A stretch of 64,000 nt of DNA from Tubulanus polymorphus (lineage: Eukaryota; Animalia; Nemertea). A program made the translations under genes and the position numbers. The DNA lies in NCBI RefSeq assembly GCF_964204645.1, contig NC_134035.1:7782451-7846450 (forward strand), given 5' to 3'. How positions within the stretch are numbered: position 1 is the stretch's first letter; each line of letters begins with the position of its first letter. The notes under the pieces were generated by a model. It ran no database searches and was not told the DNA's origin. It saw nothing but the letters and a program-made list of their open reading frames with translations. Below, one piece after another: positions 39,570-52,912 of this stretch.

Positions 39570-40007
39570 AACAAAACGTATCAATCTAACCGTTTTGATA
39601 TTACCTTCTCGATAGGATCGCCACCTCAGCGAGGCATCCACTTTTTATGTCTCTTTTAACACAGTTTCAATTGCTCAACTGATAAAACCAGGTACAATTA
39701 TCCATTCGCTCCATCGAAAGATGTAGAAACAAACGCCTTTCCCTTCGCTCAAGGATCGGCGTTGAATAAGGCGGAGGAAACTATGAGAACAGCTACTTAG
39801 CAACACAATCTGTGACGTCACATTACCAGAAAACATCCAATCTTCTATCTCTAACAAAGTATCGATTTGGGAATATATCTGCGACAACAAAATTTTGACG
39901 GCTTCGTTCAACTAATGGCGAAAACGAACAAGCAAATAAACAAACAAATAAACGGCTGTTTACGAGTGCTTTTAATTTTTGAAATAAATCGAGCAAAATT
40001 TGAAAAA

Positions 40008-40126
40008 AGTCTACAGCACCCGGTATTCCCAGGCGGTCACCCATCCAAGTACTAACCGGGCCCGACGTTGCTTAACTTCGGTGATCGGACGAGAACCGGT
40101 GCCTTCAACGTGGTATGGCCGTAGAC
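40008..40126 (-). rRNA. 5S rRNA, variant A24G
   Basis: t>c at 40103. Confidence 0.95.
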
Positions 40127-40564
40127 AACAAAACGTATCAATCTAACCGTTTTGATATTACCTTCTCGATAGGATCGCCACCTCAGCGAGGCATCCACTT
40201 TTTATGTCTCTTTTAACACAGTTTCAATTGCTCAACTGATAAAACCAGGTACAATTATCCATTCGCTCCATCGAAAGATGTAGAAACAAACGCCTTTCCC
40301 TTCGCTCAAGGATCGGCGTTGAATAAGGCGGAGGAAACTATGAGAACAGCTACTTAGCAACACAATCTGTGACGTCACATTACCAGAAAACATCCAATCT
40401 TCTATATCTAACAAAGTATCGATTTGGGAATATATCTGCGACAACAAAATTTTGACTGCTTCGTTCAACTAATGGCGAAAACGAACAAGCAAATAAACAA
40501 ACAAATAAACGGCTGTTTACGAGTGCTTTTAATTTTTGAAATAAATCGAGCAAAATTTGAAAAA

Positions 40565-40683
40565 AGTCTACAGCACCCGGTATTCCCAGGCGGTCACCCA
40601 TCCAAGTACTAACCGGGCCCGACGTTGCTTAATTTCGGTGATCGGACGAGAACCGGTGCTTTCAACGTGGTATGGCCGTAGAC
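40565..40683 (-). rRNA. 5S rRNA, variant G51A (box A)
   Basis: c>t at 40633. Confidence 0.94.
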
Positions 40684-41119
40684 AACAAAACGTATCAATC
40701 TAACCGTTTTGATATTACCTTCTCGATAGGATCGCCACCTCAGCGAGGCATCCACTTTTTATGTCTCTTTTAACACAGTTTCAATTGCTCAACTGATAAA
40801 ACCAGGTACAATTATCCATTCGCTCCATCGAAAGATGTAGAAACAAACGCCTTTCCCTTCGCTCAAGGATCGGCGTTGAATAAGGCGGAGGAAACTATGA
40901 GAACAGCTACTTAGCAACACAATCTGTGACGTCACATTACCAGAAAACATCCAATCTTCTATCTAACAAAGTATCGATTTGGGAATATATCTGCGACAAC
41001 AAAATTTTGACAGCTTCGTTCAACTAATGGCGAAAACAAACAAGCAAATAAACAAACAAATAAACGGCTGTTTGCGAGTGCTTTTAATTTTTGAAATAAA
41101 TCGAGCAAAATTTGAAAAA

Positions 41120-41238
41120 AGTCTACAGCACCCGGTATTCCCAGGCGGTCACCCATCCAAGTACTAACCGGGCCCGACGTTGCTTAGCTTCGGTGATCAG
41201 ACGAGAACCGGTGCTTTCAACGTGGTATGGCCGTAGAC
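41120..41238 (-). rRNA. 5S rRNA, variant T52C + C40T
   Basis: a>g at 41187, g>a at 41199. Confidence 0.93.
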
Positions 41239-41676
41239 AACAAAACGTATAAATCTAACCGTTTTGATATTACCTTCTCGATAGGATCGCCACCTCAGCG
41301 AGGCATCCACTTTTTATGTCTCTTTTAACACAGTTTCAATTGCTCAACTGATAAAACCAGGTACAATTATCCATTCGCTCCATCGAAAGATGTAGAAACA
41401 AACGCCTTTCCCTTCGCTCAAGGATCGGCGTTGAATAAGGCGGAGGAAACTATGAGAACAGCTACTTAGCAACACAATCTGTGACGTCACATTACCAGAA
41501 AACATCCAATCTTCTATCTCTAACAAAGTATCGATTTGGGAATATATCTGCGACAACAAAATTTTGACACCTTCGTTCAACTAATGCCGTAAACGAACAA
41601 GCAAATAAACAAACAAATAAACGGCTGTTTGCGAGTGCTTTTAATTTTTGAAATAAATCGAGCAAAATTTGAAAAA

Positions 41677-41795
41677 AGTCTACAGCACCCGGTATTCCCA
41701 GGCGGTCACCCATCCAAGTACTAACCGGGCCCGACGTTGCTTAACTTCGGTGATCGGACGAGAACCGGTGCTTTCAACGTGGTATGGCCGTAGAC
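41677..41795 (-). rRNA. 5S rRNA
   Basis: array copy. Confidence 0.97.
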
Positions 41796-42231
41796 AACAA
41801 AACGTATCAATCTAACCGTTTTGATATTACCTTCTCGATAGGATCGCCACCTCAGCGAGGCATCCACTTTTTATGTCTCTTTTAACACAGTTTCAATTGC
41901 TCAACTGATAAAACCAGGTACAATTATCCATTCGCTCCATCGAAAGATGTAGAAACAAACGCCTTTCCCTTCGCTCAAGGATCGGCGTTGAATAAGGCGG
42001 AGGAAACTATGAGAACAGCTACTTAGCAACACAATCTGTGACGTCACATTACCAGAAAACATCCAATCTTCTATCTAACAAAGTATCGATTTGGGAATAT
42101 ATCTGCGACAACAAAATTTTGACAGCTTCGTTCAACTAATGGCGAAAACAAACAAGCAAATAAACAAACAAATAAACGGCTGTTTGCGAGTGCTTTTAAT
42201 TTTTGAAATAAATCGAGCAAAATTTGAAAAA

Positions 42232-42350
42232 AGTCTACAGCACCCGGTATTCCCAGGCGGTCACCCATCCAAGTACTAACCGGGCCCGACGTTGCTTAAC
42301 TTCGGTGATCGGACGAGAACCGGTGCTTTCAACGTGGTATGGCCGTAGAC
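42232..42350 (-). rRNA. 5S rRNA
   Basis: array copy. Confidence 0.97.
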
Positions 42351-42786
42351 AACAAAACGTATCAATCTAACCGTTTTGATATTACCTTCTCGATAGGATC
42401 GCCACCTCAGCGAGGCATCCACTTTTTATGTCTCTTTTAACACAGTTTCAATTGCTCAACTGATAAAACCAGGTACAATTATCCATTCGCTCCATCGAAA
42501 GATGTAGAAACAAACGCCTTTCCCTTCGCTCAAGGATCGGCGTTGAATAAGGCGGAGGAAACTATGAGAACAGCTACTTAGCAACACAATCTGTGACGTC
42601 ACATTACCAGAAAACATCCAATCTTCTATCTAACAAAGTATCGATTTGGGAATATATCTGCGACAACAAAATTTTGACGGCTTCGTTCAACTAATGGCGA
42701 AAACAAACAAGCAAATAAACAAACAAATAAACGGCTGTTTGCGAGTGCTTTTAATTTTTGAAATAAATCGAGCAAAATTTGAAAAA

Positions 42787-42905
42787 AGTCTACAGCACCC
42801 GGTATTCCCAGGCGGTCACCCATCCAAGTACTAACCGGGCCCGACGTTGCTTAACTTCGGTGATCGGACGAGAACCGGTGCTTTCAACGTGGTATGGCCG
42901 TAGAC
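42787..42905 (-). rRNA. 5S rRNA
   Basis: array copy. Confidence 0.97.
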
Positions 42906-43343
42906 AACAAAACGTATCAATCTAACCGTTTTGATATTACCTTCTCGATAGGATCGCCACCTCAGCGAGGCATCCACTTTTTATGTCTCTTTTAACAAAG
43001 TTTCAATTGCTCAACTGATAAAACCAGGTACAATTATCCATTCGCTCCATCGAAAGATGTAGAAACAAACGCCTTTCTCTTCGCTCAAGGATCGGCGTTG
43101 AATAAGGCGGAGGAAACTATGAGAACAGCTACTTAGCAACACAATCTGTGACGTCACATTACCAGAAAACATCCAATCTTCTATCTCTAACAAAGTATCG
43201 ATTTGGGAATATATCTGCGACAACAAAATTTTGACGGCTTCGTTCAACTAATGGCGAAAACGAACAAGCAAATAAACAAACAAATAAACGGCTGTTTACG
43301 AGTGCTTTTAATTTTTGAAATAAATCGAGCAAAATTTGAAAAA

Positions 43344-43462
43344 AGTCTACAGCACCCGGTATTCCCAGGCGGTCACCCATCCAAGTACTAACCGGGCCCG
43401 ACGTTGCTTAACTTCGGTGATCGGACGAGAACCGGTGCTTTCAACGTGGTATGGCCGTAGAC
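43344..43462 (-). rRNA. 5S rRNA
   Basis: array copy. Confidence 0.97.
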
Positions 43463-43900
43463 AACAAAACGTATAAATCTAACCGTTTTGATATTACCTT
43501 CTCGATAGGATCGCCACCTCAGCGAGGCATCCACTTTTTATGTCTCTTTTAACACAGTTTCAATTGCTCAACTGATAAAACCAGGTACAATTATCCATTC
43601 GCTCCATCGAAAGATGTAGAAACAAACGCCTTTCCCTTCGCTCAAGGATCGGCGTTGAATAAGGCGGAGGAAACTATGAGAACAGCTACTTAGCAACACA
43701 ATCTGTGACGTCACATTACCAGAAAACATCCAATCTTCTATCTCTAACAAAGTATCGATTTGGGAATATATCTGCGACAACAAAATTTTGACACCTTCGT
43801 TCAACTAATGGCGTAAACAAACAAGCAAATAAACAAACAAATAAACGGCTGTTTGCGAGTGCTTTTAATTTTTGAAATAAATCGAGCAAAATTTGAAAAA

Positions 43901-44019
43901 AGTCTACAGCACCCGGTATTCCCAGGCGGTCACCCATCCAAGTACTAACCGGGCCCGACGTTGCTTAACTTCGGTGATCGGACGAGAACCGGTGCTTTCA
44001 ACGTGGTATGGCCGTAGAC
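43901..44019 (-). rRNA. 5S rRNA
   Basis: array copy. Confidence 0.97.
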
Positions 44020-44455
44020 AACAAAACGTATAAATCTAACCGTTTTGATATTACCTTCTCGATAGGATCGCCACCTCAGCGAGGCATCCACTTTTTATGT
44101 CTCTTTTAACACAGTTTCAATTGCTCAACTGATAAAACCAGGTACAATTATCCATTCGCTCCATCGAAAGATGTAGAAACAAACGCCTTTCCCTTCGCTC
44201 AAGGATCGGCGTTGAATAAGGCGGAGGAAACTATGAGAACAGCTACTTAGCAACACAATCTGTGACGTCACATTACCAGAAAACATCCAATCTTCTATCT
44301 AACAAAGTATCGATTTGGGAATATATCTGCGACAACAAAATTTTGACAGCTTCGTTCAACTAATGGCGAAAACAAACAAGCAAATAAACAAACAAATAAA
44401 CGGCTGTTTGCGAGTGCTTTTAATTTTTGAAATAAATCGAGCAAAATTTGAAAAA

Positions 44456-44574
44456 AGTCTACAGCACCCGGTATTCCCAGGCGGTCACCCATCCAAGTAC
44501 TAACCGGGCCCGACGTTGCTTAACTTCGGTGATCGGACGAGAACCGGTGCTTTCAACGTGGTATGGCCGTAGAC
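44456..44574 (-). rRNA. 5S rRNA
   Basis: array copy. Confidence 0.97.
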
Positions 44575-45010
44575 AACAAAACGTATGAATCTAACCGTTT
44601 TGATATTACCTTCTCGATAGGATCGCCACCTCAGCGAGGCATCCACTTTTTATGTCTCTTTTAACACAGTTTCAATTGCTCAACTGATAAAACCAGGTAC
44701 AATTATCCATTCGCTCCATCGAAAGATGTAGAAACAAACGCCTTTCCCTTCGCTCAAGGATCGGCGTTGAATAAGGCGGAGGAAACTATGAGAACAGCTA
44801 CTTAGCAACACAATCTGTGACGTCACATTACCAGAAAACATCCAATCTTCTATCTAACAAAGTATCGATTTGGGAATATATCTGCGACAACAAAATTTTG
44901 ACGGCTTCGTTCAACTAATGGCGAAAACAAACAAGCAAATAAACAAACAAATAAACGGCTGTTTGCGAGTGCTTTTAATTTTTGAAATAAATCGAGCAAA
45001 ATTTGAAAAA

Positions 45011-45129
45011 AGTCTACAGCACCCGGTATTCCCAGGCGGTCACCCATCCAAGTACTAACCGGGCCCGACGTTGCTTAACTTCGGTGATCGGACGAGAACC
45101 GGTGCTTTCAACGTGGTATGGCCGTAGAC
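45011..45129 (-). rRNA. 5S rRNA
   Basis: array copy. Confidence 0.97.
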
Positions 45130-45565
45130 AACAAAACGTATAAATCTAACCGTTTTGATATTACCTTCTCGATAGGATCGCCACCTCAGCGAGGCATCCA
45201 CTTTTTATGTCTCTTTTAACACAGTTTCAATTGCTCAACTGATAAAACCAGGTACAATTATCCATTCGCTCCATCGAAAGATGTAGAAACAAACGCCTTT
45301 CCCTTCGCTCAAGGATCGGCGTTGAATAAGGCGGAGGAAACTATGAGAACAGCTACTTAGCAACACAATCTGTGACGTCACATTACCAGAAAACATCCAA
45401 TCTTCTATCTAACAAAGTATCGATTTGGGAATATATCTGCGACAACAAAATTTTGACGGCTTCGTTCAACTAATGGCGAAAACGAACAAGCAAATAAACA
45501 AACAAATAAACGGCTGTTTGCGAGTGCTTTTAATTTTTGAAATAAATCGAGCAAAATTTGAAAAA

Positions 45566-45684
45566 AGTCTACAGCACCCGGTATTCCCAGGCGGTCACCC
45601 ATCCAAGTACTAACCGGGCCCGACGTTGCTTAACTTCGGTGATCGGACGAGAACCGGTGCTTTCAACGTGGTATGGCCGTAGAC
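45566..45684 (-). rRNA. 5S rRNA
   Basis: array copy. Confidence 0.97.
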
Positions 45685-46120
45685 AACAAAACGTATGAAT
45701 CTAACCGTTTTGATATTACCTTCTCGATAGGATCGCCACCTCAGCGAGGCATCCACTTTTTATGTCTCTTTTAACACAGTTTCAATTGCTCAACTGATAA
45801 AACCAGGTACAATTATCCATTCGCTCCATCGAAAGATGTAGAAACAAACGCCTTTCCCTTCGCTCAAGGATCGGCGTTGAATAAGGCGGAGGAAACTATG
45901 AGAACAGCTACTTAGCAACACAATCTGTGACGTCACATTACCAGAAAACATCCAATCTTCTATCTAACAAAGTATCGATTTGGGAATATATCTGCGACAA
46001 CAAAATTTTGACGGCTTCGTTCAACTAATGGCGAAAACAAACAAGCAAATAAACAAACAAATAAACGGCTGTTTGCGAGTGCTTTTAATTTTTGAAATAA
46101 ATCGAGCAAAATTTGAAAAA

Positions 46121-46239
46121 AGTCTACAGCACCCGGTATTCCCAGGCGGTCACCCATCCAAGTACTAACCGGGCCCGACGTTGCTTAACTTCGGTGATCG
46201 GACGAGAACCGGTGCTTTCAACGTGGTATGGCCGTAGAC
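46121..46239 (-). rRNA. 5S rRNA
   Basis: array copy. Confidence 0.97.
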
Positions 46240-46677
46240 AACAAAACGTATAAATCTAACCGTTTTGATATTACCTTCTCGATAGGATTGCCACCTCAGC
46301 GAGGCATCCACTTTTTATGTCTCTTTTAACAAAGTTTCAATTGCTCAACTGATAAAACCAGGTACAATTATCCATTCGCTCCATCGAAAGATGTAGAAAC
46401 AAACGCCTTTCTCTTCGCTCAAGGATCGGCGTTGAATAAGGCGGAGGAAACTATGAGAACAGCTACTTAGCAACACAATCTGTGACGTCACATTACCAGA
46501 AAACATCCAATCTTCTATCTCTAACAAAGTATCGATTTGGGAATATATCTGCGACAACAAAATTTTGACGGCTTCGTTCAACTAATGGCGAAAACGAACA
46601 AGCAAATAAACAAACAAATAAACGGCTGTTTACGAGTGCTTTTAATTTTTGAAATAAATCGAGCAAAATTTGAAAAA

Positions 46678-46796
46678 AGTCTACAGCACCCGGTATTCCC
46701 AGGCGGTCACCCATCCAAGTACTAACCGGGCCCGACGTTGCTTAACTTCGGTGATCGGACGAGAACCGGTGCTTTCAACGTGGTATGGCCGTAGAC
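46678..46796 (-). rRNA. 5S rRNA
   Basis: array copy. Confidence 0.97.
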
Positions 46797-47234
46797 AACA
46801 AAACGTATAAATCTAACCGTTTTGATATTACCTTCTCGATAGGATCGCCACCTCAGCGAGGCATCCACTTTTTATGTCTCTTTTAACACAGTTTCAATTG
46901 CTCAACTGATAAAACCAGGTACAATTATCCATTCGCTCCATCGAAAGATGTAGAAACAAACGCCTTTCCCTTCGCTCAAGGATCGGCGTTGAATAAGGCG
47001 GAGGAAACTATGAGAACAGCTACTTAGCAACACAATCTGTGACGTCACATTACCAGAAAACATCCAATCTTCTATCTCTAACAAAGTATCGATTTGGGAA
47101 TATATCTGCGACAACAAAATTTTGACACCTTCGTTCAACTAATGGCGTAAACAAACAAGCAAATAAACAAACAAATAAACGGCTGTTTGCGAGTGCTTTT
47201 AATTTTTGAAATAAATCGAGCAAAATTTGAAAAA

Positions 47235-47352
47235 AGTCTACAGCACCCGGTATTCCCAGGCGGTCACCCATCCAAGTACTTAGAGGCCCGACGTTGCTTA
47301 ACTTCGGTGATCGGACGAGAACCGGTGCTTTCAACGTGGTATGGCCGTAGAC
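47235..47352 (-). pseudogene. 5S rRNA probable pseudogene (nt 69-73 CGGTT replaced by TCTA)
   Basis: aagtactTAGAggcccg versus consensus aagtactAACCGggcccg at 47281-47284. Confidence 0.75.
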
Positions 47353-47788
47353 AACAAAACGTATAAATCTAACCGTTTTGATATTACCTTCTCGATAGGA
47401 TCGCCACCTCAGCGAGGCATCCATTTTTTATGTCTCTTTTAACACAGTTTCAATTGCTCAACTGATAAAACCAGGTACAATTATCCATTCGCTCCATCGA
47501 AAGATGTAGAAACAAACGCCTTTCCCTTCGCTCAAGGATCGGCGTTGAATAAGGCGGAGGAAACTATGAGAACAGCTACTTAGCAACACAATCTGTGACG
47601 TCACATTACCAGAAAACATCCAATCTTCTATCTAACAAAGTATCGATTTGGGAATATATCTGCGACAACAAAATTTTGACAGCTTCGTTCAACTAATGGC
47701 GAAAACAAACAAGCAAATAAACAAACAAATAAACGGCTGTTTGCGAGTGCTTTTAATTTTTGAAATAAATCGAGCAAAATTTGAAAAA

Positions 47789-47907
47789 AGTCTACAGCAC
47801 CCGGTATTCCCAGGCGGTCACCCATCCAAGTACTAACCGGGCCCGACGTTGCTTAACTTCGGTGATCGGACGAGAACCGGTGCTTTCAACGTGGTATGGC
47901 CGTAGAC
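47789..47907 (-). rRNA. 5S rRNA
   Basis: array copy. Confidence 0.97.
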
Positions 47908-48345
47908 AACAAAACGTATAAATCTAACCGTTTTGATATTACCTTCTCGATAGGATCGCCACCTCAGCGAGGCATCCACTTTTTATGTCTCTTTTAACAC
48001 AGTTTCAATTGCTCAACTGATAAAACCAGGTACAATTATCCATTCGCTCCATCGAAAGATGTAGAAACAAACGCCTTTCTCTTCGCTCAAGGATCGGCGT
48101 TGAATAAGGCGGAGGAAACTATGAGAACAGCTACTTAGCAACACAATCTGTGACGTCACATTACCAGAAAACATCCAATCTTCTATCTCTAACAAAGTAT
48201 CGATTTGGGAATATATCTGCGACAACAAAATTTTGACGGCTTCGTTCAACTAATGGCGAAAACGAACAAGCAAATAAACAAACAAATAAACGGCTGTTTA
48301 CGAGTGCTTTTAATTTTTGAAATAAATCGAGCAAAATTTGAAAAA

Positions 48346-48464
48346 AGTCTACAGCACCCGGTATTCCCAGGCGGTCACCCATCCAAGTACTAACCGGGCC
48401 CGACGTTGCTTAACTTCGGTGATCGGACGAGAACCGGTGCTTTCAACGTGGTATGGCCGTAGAC
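48346..48464 (-). rRNA. 5S rRNA
   Basis: array copy. Confidence 0.97.
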
Positions 48465-48900
48465 AACAAAACGTATCAATCTAACCGTTTTGATATTACC
48501 TTCTCGATAGGATCGCCACCTCAGCGAGGCATCCACTTTTTATGTCTCTTTTAACACAGTTTCAATTGCTCAACTGATAAAACCAGGTACAATTATCCAT
48601 TCGCTCCATCGAAAGATGTAGAAACAAACGCCTTTCCCTTCGCTCAAGGATCGGCGTTGAATAAGGCGGAGGAAACTATGAGAACAGCTACTTAGCAACA
48701 CAATCTGTGACGTCACATTACCAGAAAACATCCAATCTTCTATCTAACAAAGTATCGATTTGGGAATATATCTGCGACAACAAAATTTTGACAGCTTCGT
48801 TCAACTAATGGCGAAAACAAACAAGCAAATAAACAAACAAATAAACGGCTGTTTGCGAGTGCTTTTAATTTTTGAAATAAATCGAGCAAAATTTGAAAAA

Positions 48901-49019
48901 AGTCTACAGCACCCGGTATTCCCAGGCGGTCACCCATCCAAGTACTAAACGGGCCCGACGTTGCTTAACTTCGGTGATCGGACGAGAACCGGTGCTTTCA
49001 ACGTGGTATGGCCGTAGAC
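48901..49019 (-). rRNA. 5S rRNA, variant G71T (IE)
   Basis: c>a at 48949. Confidence 0.94.
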
Positions 49020-49457
49020 AACAAAACGTATAAATCTAACCGTTTTGATATTACCTTCTCGATAGGATCGCCACCTCAGCGAGGCATCCACTTTTTATGT
49101 CTCTTTTAACACAGTTTCAATTGCTCAACTGATAAAACCAGGTACAATTATCCATTCGCTCCATCGAAAGATGTAGAAACAAACGCCTTTCCCTTCGCTC
49201 AAGGATCGGCGTTGAATAAGGCGGAGGAAACTATGAGAACAGCTACTTAGCAACACAATCTGTGACGTCACATTACCAGAAAACATCCAATCTTCTATCT
49301 CTAACAAAGTATCGATTTGGGAATATATCTGCGACAACAAAATTTTGACACCTTCGTTCAACTAATGGCGTAAACAAACAAGCAAATAAACAAACAAATA
49401 AACGGCTGTTTGCGAGTGCTTTTAATTTTTGAAATAAATCGAGCAAAATTTGAAAAA

Positions 49458-49576
49458 AGTCTACAGCACCCGGTATTCCCAGGCGGTCACCCATCCAAGT
49501 ACTAACCGGGCCCGACGTTGCTTAACTTCGGTGATCGGACGAGAACCGGTGCTTTCAACGTGGTATGGCCGTAGAC
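49458..49576 (-). rRNA. 5S rRNA
   Basis: array copy. Confidence 0.97.
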
Positions 49577-50012
49577 AACAAAACGTATAAATCTAACCGT
49601 TTTGATATTACCTTCTCGATAGGATCGCCACCTCAGCGAGGCATCCACTTTTTATGTCTCTTTTAACACAGTTTCAATTGCTCAACTGATAAAACCAGGT
49701 ACAATTATCCATTCGCTCCATCGAAAGATGTAGAAACAAACGCCTTTCCCTTCGCTCAAGGATCGGCGTTGAATAAGGCGGAGGAAACTATGAGAACAGC
49801 TACTTAGCAACACAATCTGTGACGTCACATTACCAGAAAACATCCAATCTTCTATCTAACAAAGTATCGATTTGGGAATATATCTGCGACAACAAAATTT
49901 TGACAGCTTCGTTCAACTAATGGCGAAAACAAACAAGCAAATAAACAAACAAATAAACGGCTGTTTGCGAGTGCTTTTAATTTTTGAAATAAATCGAGCA
50001 AAATTTGAAAAA

Positions 50013-50131
50013 AGTCTACAGCACCCGGTATTCCCAGGCGGTCACCCATCCAAGTACTAAACGGGCCCGACGTTGCTTAACTTCGGTGATCGGACGAGAA
50101 CCGGTGCTTTCAACGTGGTATGGCCGTAGAC
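50013..50131 (-). rRNA. 5S rRNA, variant G71T (IE)
   Basis: c>a at 50061. Confidence 0.94.
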
Positions 50132-50567
50132 AACAAAACGTATCAATCTAACCGTTTTGATATTACCTTCTCGATAGGATCGCCACCTCAGCGAGGCATC
50201 CACTTTTTATGTCTCTTTTAACACAGTTTCAATTGCTCAACTGATAAAACCAGGTACAATTATCCGTTCGCTCCATCGAAAGATGTAGAAACAAACGCCT
50301 TTCCCTTCGCTCAAGGATCGGCGTTGAATAAGGCGGAGGAAACTATGAGAACAGCTACTTAGCAACACAATCTGTGACGTCACATTACCAGAAAACATCC
50401 AATCTTCTATCTAACAAAGTATCGATTTGGGAATATATCTGCGACAACAAAATTTTGACGGCTTCGTTCAACTAATGGCGAAAACAAACAAGCAAATAAA
50501 CAAACAAATAAACGGCTGTTTGCGAGTGCTTTTAATTTTTGAAATAAATCGAGCAAAATTTGAAAAA

Positions 50568-50686
50568 AGTCTACAGCACCCGGTATTCCCAGGCGGTCAC
50601 CCATCCAAGTACTAACCGGGCCCGACGTTGCTTAACTTCGGTGATCGGACGAGAACCGGTGCTTTCAACGTGGTATGGCCGTAGAC
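50568..50686 (-). rRNA. 5S rRNA
   Basis: array copy. Confidence 0.97.
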
Positions 50687-51124
50687 AACAAAACGTATAA
50701 ATCTAACCGTTTTGATATTACCTTCTCGATAGGATCGCCACCTCAGCGAGGCATCCACTTTTTATGTCTCTTTTAACACAGTTTCAATTGCTCAACTGAT
50801 AAAACCAGGTACAATTATTCATTCGCTCCATCGAAAGATGTAGAAACAAACGCCTTTCCCTTCGCTCAAGGATCGGCGTTGAATAAGGCGGAGGAAACTA
50901 TGAGAACAGCTACTTAGCAACACAATCTGTGACGTCACATTACCAGAAAACATCCAATCTTCTATCTCTAACAAAGTATCGATTTGGGAATATATCTGCG
51001 ACAACAAAATTTTGACGGCTTCGTTCAACTAATGGCGAAAACGAACAAGCAAATAAACAAACAAATAAACGGCTGTTTACGAGTGCTTTTAATTTTTGAA
51101 ATAAATCGAGCAAAATTTGAAAAA

Positions 51125-51243
51125 AGTCTACAGCACCCGGTATTCCCAGGCGGTCACCCATCCAAGTACTAACCGGGCCCGACGTTGCTTAACTTCGGTG
51201 ATCGGACGAGAACCGGTGCTTTCAACGTGGTATGGCCGTAGAC
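51125..51243 (-). rRNA. 5S rRNA
   Basis: array copy. Confidence 0.97.
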
Positions 51244-51681
51244 AACAAAACGTATCAATCTAACCGTTTTGATATTACCTTCTCGATAGGATCGCCACCT
51301 CAGCGAGGCATCCACTTTTTATGTCTCTTTTAACACAGTTTCAATTGCTCAACTGATAAAACCAGGTACAATTATCCATTCGCTCCATCGAAAGATGTAG
51401 AAACAAACGCCTTTCCCTTCGCTCAAGGATCGGCGTTGAATAAGGCGGAGGAAACTATGAGAACAGCTACTTAGCAACACAATCTGTGACGTCACATTAC
51501 CAGAAAACATCCAATCTTCTATCTCTAACAAAGTATCGATTTGGGAATATATCTGCGACGACAAAATTTTGACACCTTCGTTCAACTAATTGCGTACACA
51601 AACAAGCAAATAAACAAACAAATAAACGGCTGTTTGCGAGTGCTTTTAATTTTTGAAATAAATCGAGCAAAATTTGAAAAA

Positions 51682-51800
51682 AGTCTACAGCACCCGGTAT
51701 TCCCAGGCGGTCACCCATCCAAGTACTAACCGGGCCCGACGTTGCTTAACTTCGGTGATCGGACGAGAACCGGTGCTTTCAACGTGGTATGGCCGTAGAC
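51682..51800 (-). rRNA. 5S rRNA
   Basis: array copy. Confidence 0.97.
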
Positions 51801-52238
51801 AACAAAACGTATAAATCTAACCGTTTTGATATTACCTTCTCGATAGGATCGCCACCTCAGCGAGGCATCCACTTTTTATGTCTCTTTTAACACAGTTTCA
51901 ATTGCTCAACTGATAAAACCAGGTACAATTATCCATTCGCTCCATCGAAAGATGTAGAAACAAACGCCTTTCTCTTCGCTCAAGGATCGGCGTTGAATAA
52001 GGCGGAGGAAACTATGAGAACAGCTACTTAGCAACACAATCTGTGACGTCACATTACCAGAAAACATCCAATCTTCTATCTCTAACAAAGTATCGATTTG
52101 GGAATATATCTGCGACAACAAAATTTTGACGGCTTCGTTCAACTAATGGCGAAAACGAACAAGCAAATAAACAAACAAATAAACGGCTGTTTACGAGTGC
52201 TTTTAATTTTTGAAATAAATCGAGCAAAATTTGAAAAA

Positions 52239-52357
52239 AGTCTACAGCACCCGGTATTCCCAGGCGGTCACCCATCCAAGTACTAACCGGGCCCGACGTT
52301 GCTTAACTTCGGTGATCGGACGAGAACCGGTGCTTTCAACGTGGTATGGCCGTAGAC
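52239..52357 (-). rRNA. 5S rRNA
   Basis: array copy. Confidence 0.97.
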
Positions 52358-52793
52358 AACAAAACGTATCAATCTAACCGTTTTGATATTACCTTCTCGA
52401 TAGGATCGCCACCTCAGCGAGGCATCCACTTTTTATGTCTCTTTTAACACAGTTTCAATTGCTCAACTGATAAAACCAGGTACAATTATCCATTCGCTCC
52501 ATCGAAAGATGTAGAAACAAACGCCTTTCCCTTCGCTCAAGGATCGGCGTTGAATAAGGCGGAGGAAACTATGAGAACAGCTACTTAGCAACACAATCTG
52601 TGACGTCACATTACCAGAAAACATCCAATCTTCTATCTAACAAAGTATCGATTTGGGAATATATCTGCGACAACAAAATTTTGACAGCTTCGTTCAACTA
52701 ATGGCGAAAACAAACAAGCAAATAAACAAACAAATAAACGGCTGTTTGCGAGTGCTTTTAATTTTTGAAATAAATCGAGCAAAATTTGAAAAA

Positions 52794-52912
52794 AGTCTAC
52801 AGCACCCGGTATTCCCAGGCGGTCACCCATCCAAGTACTAACCGGGCCCGACGTTGCTTAACTTCGGTGATCGGACGAGAACCGGTGCTTTCAACGTGGT
52901 ATGGCCGTAGAC
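52794..52912 (-). rRNA. 5S rRNA
   Basis: array copy. Confidence 0.97.

Larger units (their letters stand above)
30110..42350. repeat. Higher-order tandem duplication of 11 units (period 6121 bp); boundaries approximate
   Basis: At least nine rare variants recur at +6121. Confidence 0.9.

Noticed and set aside
47050-47424. Longest ORF (124 aa)
   Set aside because: Created by the -1 scar in the 5S gene plus a c>t change at 47424; it is translated 5S sequence.
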